From the human T2T-CHM13v2.0 reference genome, Homo sapiens: a stretch of DNA of 64,000 nucleotides. Location: the NCBI RefSeq assembly GCF_009914755.1, contig NC_060939.1, one strand, 5' to 3'. The notes under the pieces were generated by a model. That model made no database searches, was not told the origin of the DNA, and saw nothing but the letters and a program-made list of their open reading frames with translations. The position numbers and the translations under genes are program-made. How positions within the stretch are numbered: position 1 is the first letter of the stretch; each line of letters opens with the position of its first letter. Of this stretch, positions 58,840 to 64,000 are shown piece by piece.

Positions 58840-59070
58840 TAACTACTAACATTTATTGAGCACTTATTGTATGATAGACACTGGGCTATACATTTTAAAT
58901 GTATCACGCACTTAATCTTTACAAGTCTTCATGTTACTATTCCTGCTTTAGTGATGAGAAGCTAAGGCACAGAGAATTTATGTAACTTTTTAAAAGTCAT
59001 GCAACTAGAATTAGCAGAGCCTGGATATGAACCTGGGTTTCTTGATGTAGAGATTTTGTCTTAGCTCCTA
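58840..59070 (+). mobile_element. MIR
   Basis: CTAACATTTATTGAGCACTTA..GATGAG.A.GCTAAGGCACAGAGA. Confidence 0.75.
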
Positions 59071-60489
59071 CGTTATTGTCTTGTGCATACTCCTTACTAT
59101 AGAGCTATGATTAATACATATTTATGGAGCGACTGACTGAATGAAAGTGTCACATGTTAGAGAGCGGCCTTGCCCTCATAGCCCCTCCTCAGTGAAGCCC
59201 TGCCTCTGTTCAGCTTGGCATTTAGTTCCTGTAGTTCTGGCTTGCAGTCCCTCCAGCCTTCACTGAAGCAGAAGGAAGCATCTGGACTGGCGGCCCTGAT
59301 GGCTGATATCTCTATTCCTCCTCCTCCCTACTCTGGGCAGCCTGACCTGAGGAGCCCTTGGTTCCAGCTTGTTTGTGACCTGATACTTCAGCTTTAGGGC
59401 CCAGAACCCATGAGCCTCTGGGCTGGCCCAGCTGCAAGGGTCTGATGGACATTCTACACCTGTCAGCACTGCAGGTCTGGCCACGGATAAAACAGCCTGG
59501 GTGGGAGGGTAGCGATTGTCTTGGCTTTCCCTGAAGAACTTTGTCAGGTGTCCATGGCAACAAAGTCCTGAGTGGATGCTGAGTAGAGTTGGCCCTCTGC
59601 CTCATAGGGCCAAGGATAGGATGACCTCTGAGCTGCCACTTGCTGACAAGGCTGGCAATACTGGCATGTATACTAGCCCAGAGAGGGGGCTTTCCTCTTT
59701 CATTGGAGGCAACTGAACCCCAACATATGTTCCTGGTGCTATGCTGGGAGTTATGGACCTAGAGGGCTCCACTGGCCCTTGAAAGACTTAGAGCCTAACG
59801 TCAGAGATATCCACATGTATTAACAATTGTGATATATTATAATGAGTAATTTGCTATACATGTATGTGCTTTGGATACATAAAAAAAATGAGTATTTAAT
59901 TCTGCTGGTAGACAAAGTGGTGTATGGTAAGCTGCCAAAAGAGGAAGACATGGTTTAGCATGAGATAAAGTAAGTACAATTCCTGCATGGTCACTGAAAC
60001 ATAGTAGTGTAAACATAGTACTTGGCAAGCAGTAGGTGTCCAATGATCGCAGATATCATTGTCAGCAGCAACAGTAGTGGCACCCCTAGATCTAGAAGAG
60101 TGAATAAGTGATCTTCAGGCACAAAAATCAGGAAAGGGATCAGCATTCCCTCCTTAAAAGGAGAAAATATTATTCCCATGAAGTAAGTTTGGAAAAAGTA
60201 TTGAAAAAACAGTAAGATGGGAAGTTGGAAAGTTGGGAAAACACTGAACTCAGGGTTGGAAATTTAATTATAGTTTCAGTTCTGCTACAGTGAGTTATAC
60301 TAACTGAGCACTTGGTAAATTGCCTTCTCCCTATGGACTGATTCTCTTTTATAATTTATAAATGTAGAAAGATGGACTGCATGGTACCCAAGTGCTCTTC
60401 TAATAACAGAATCTTTAATGTCTACAATATCTCACTCACAATGTCTTGCAATCAGTAAAAAGGGATCAGACAAGTATAGAAACAGAAAA

Positions 60490-62570
<2,081 letters not shown>

Positions 62571-62572
62571 CT

Positions 62573-62750
62573 CTCTTAGTCCATTCAGGTTGCTATAACA
62601 AAAATGCGCCATGGATTGTATAGCTTAAGTAACAAATACTTATTACTCATAGTTCTGAAGGCTGGTAGGTCCAAGATCAAGGTTTTGGGAGAGTCATTCC
62701 CTTGTGGTGGCCCTCTTCCTGGTTCATAGACAGCTATCTTTTTAATGTGT
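62573..62750 (-). mobile_element. MLT1A-type fragment interrupted by L1PA
   Basis: CTTAGTCCATTCAGG.TGCTATAACAAAA..GTCCAAGATCAAGG. Confidence 0.75.
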
Positions 62751-62761
62751 CTTTTTTAAAA

Positions 62762-64000
<1,239 letters not shown>

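Overview
Repeat-dense primate (human/great-ape-like) intergenic or deep-intronic DNA. I find no credible host protein-coding exon, CpG-island promoter, tRNA/rRNA or CRISPR array. The ORF track is explained by Alu, L1, LTR and low-complexity sequence; the only real protein remnant is the C-terminus of L1 ORF2p at the right edge. The window holds about 20 Alus, several L1 fragments, many solo ERV1/ERVL/MaLR LTRs (densest at 24.6-45 kb), MIR/L2 remnants and small DNA-transposon MITEs (MER53, MER58A, MER3, MER5, MADE1). I could not support a new biological 'system'. The best signals are directly readable scars of local DNA copying: (i) a 450-bp copy of a segment 3 kb downstream, pasted into an MLT1 LTR inside a 40-bp target duplication; (ii) an L1 with a clear 3' transduction; (iii) an Alu monomer that appears to carry a 3' transduction; (iv) a 1.1-kb C/T tract bracketed by a 106-bp duplication containing a perfect 20-bp palindrome; (v) a three-arm Alu. 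A full MADE1 hairpin (miR-548-type) lies beside a G-quadruplex motif. Repeat subfamily names come from recalled consensus sequences and need RepeatMasker/Dfam confirmation; boundaries without a TSD are approximate.
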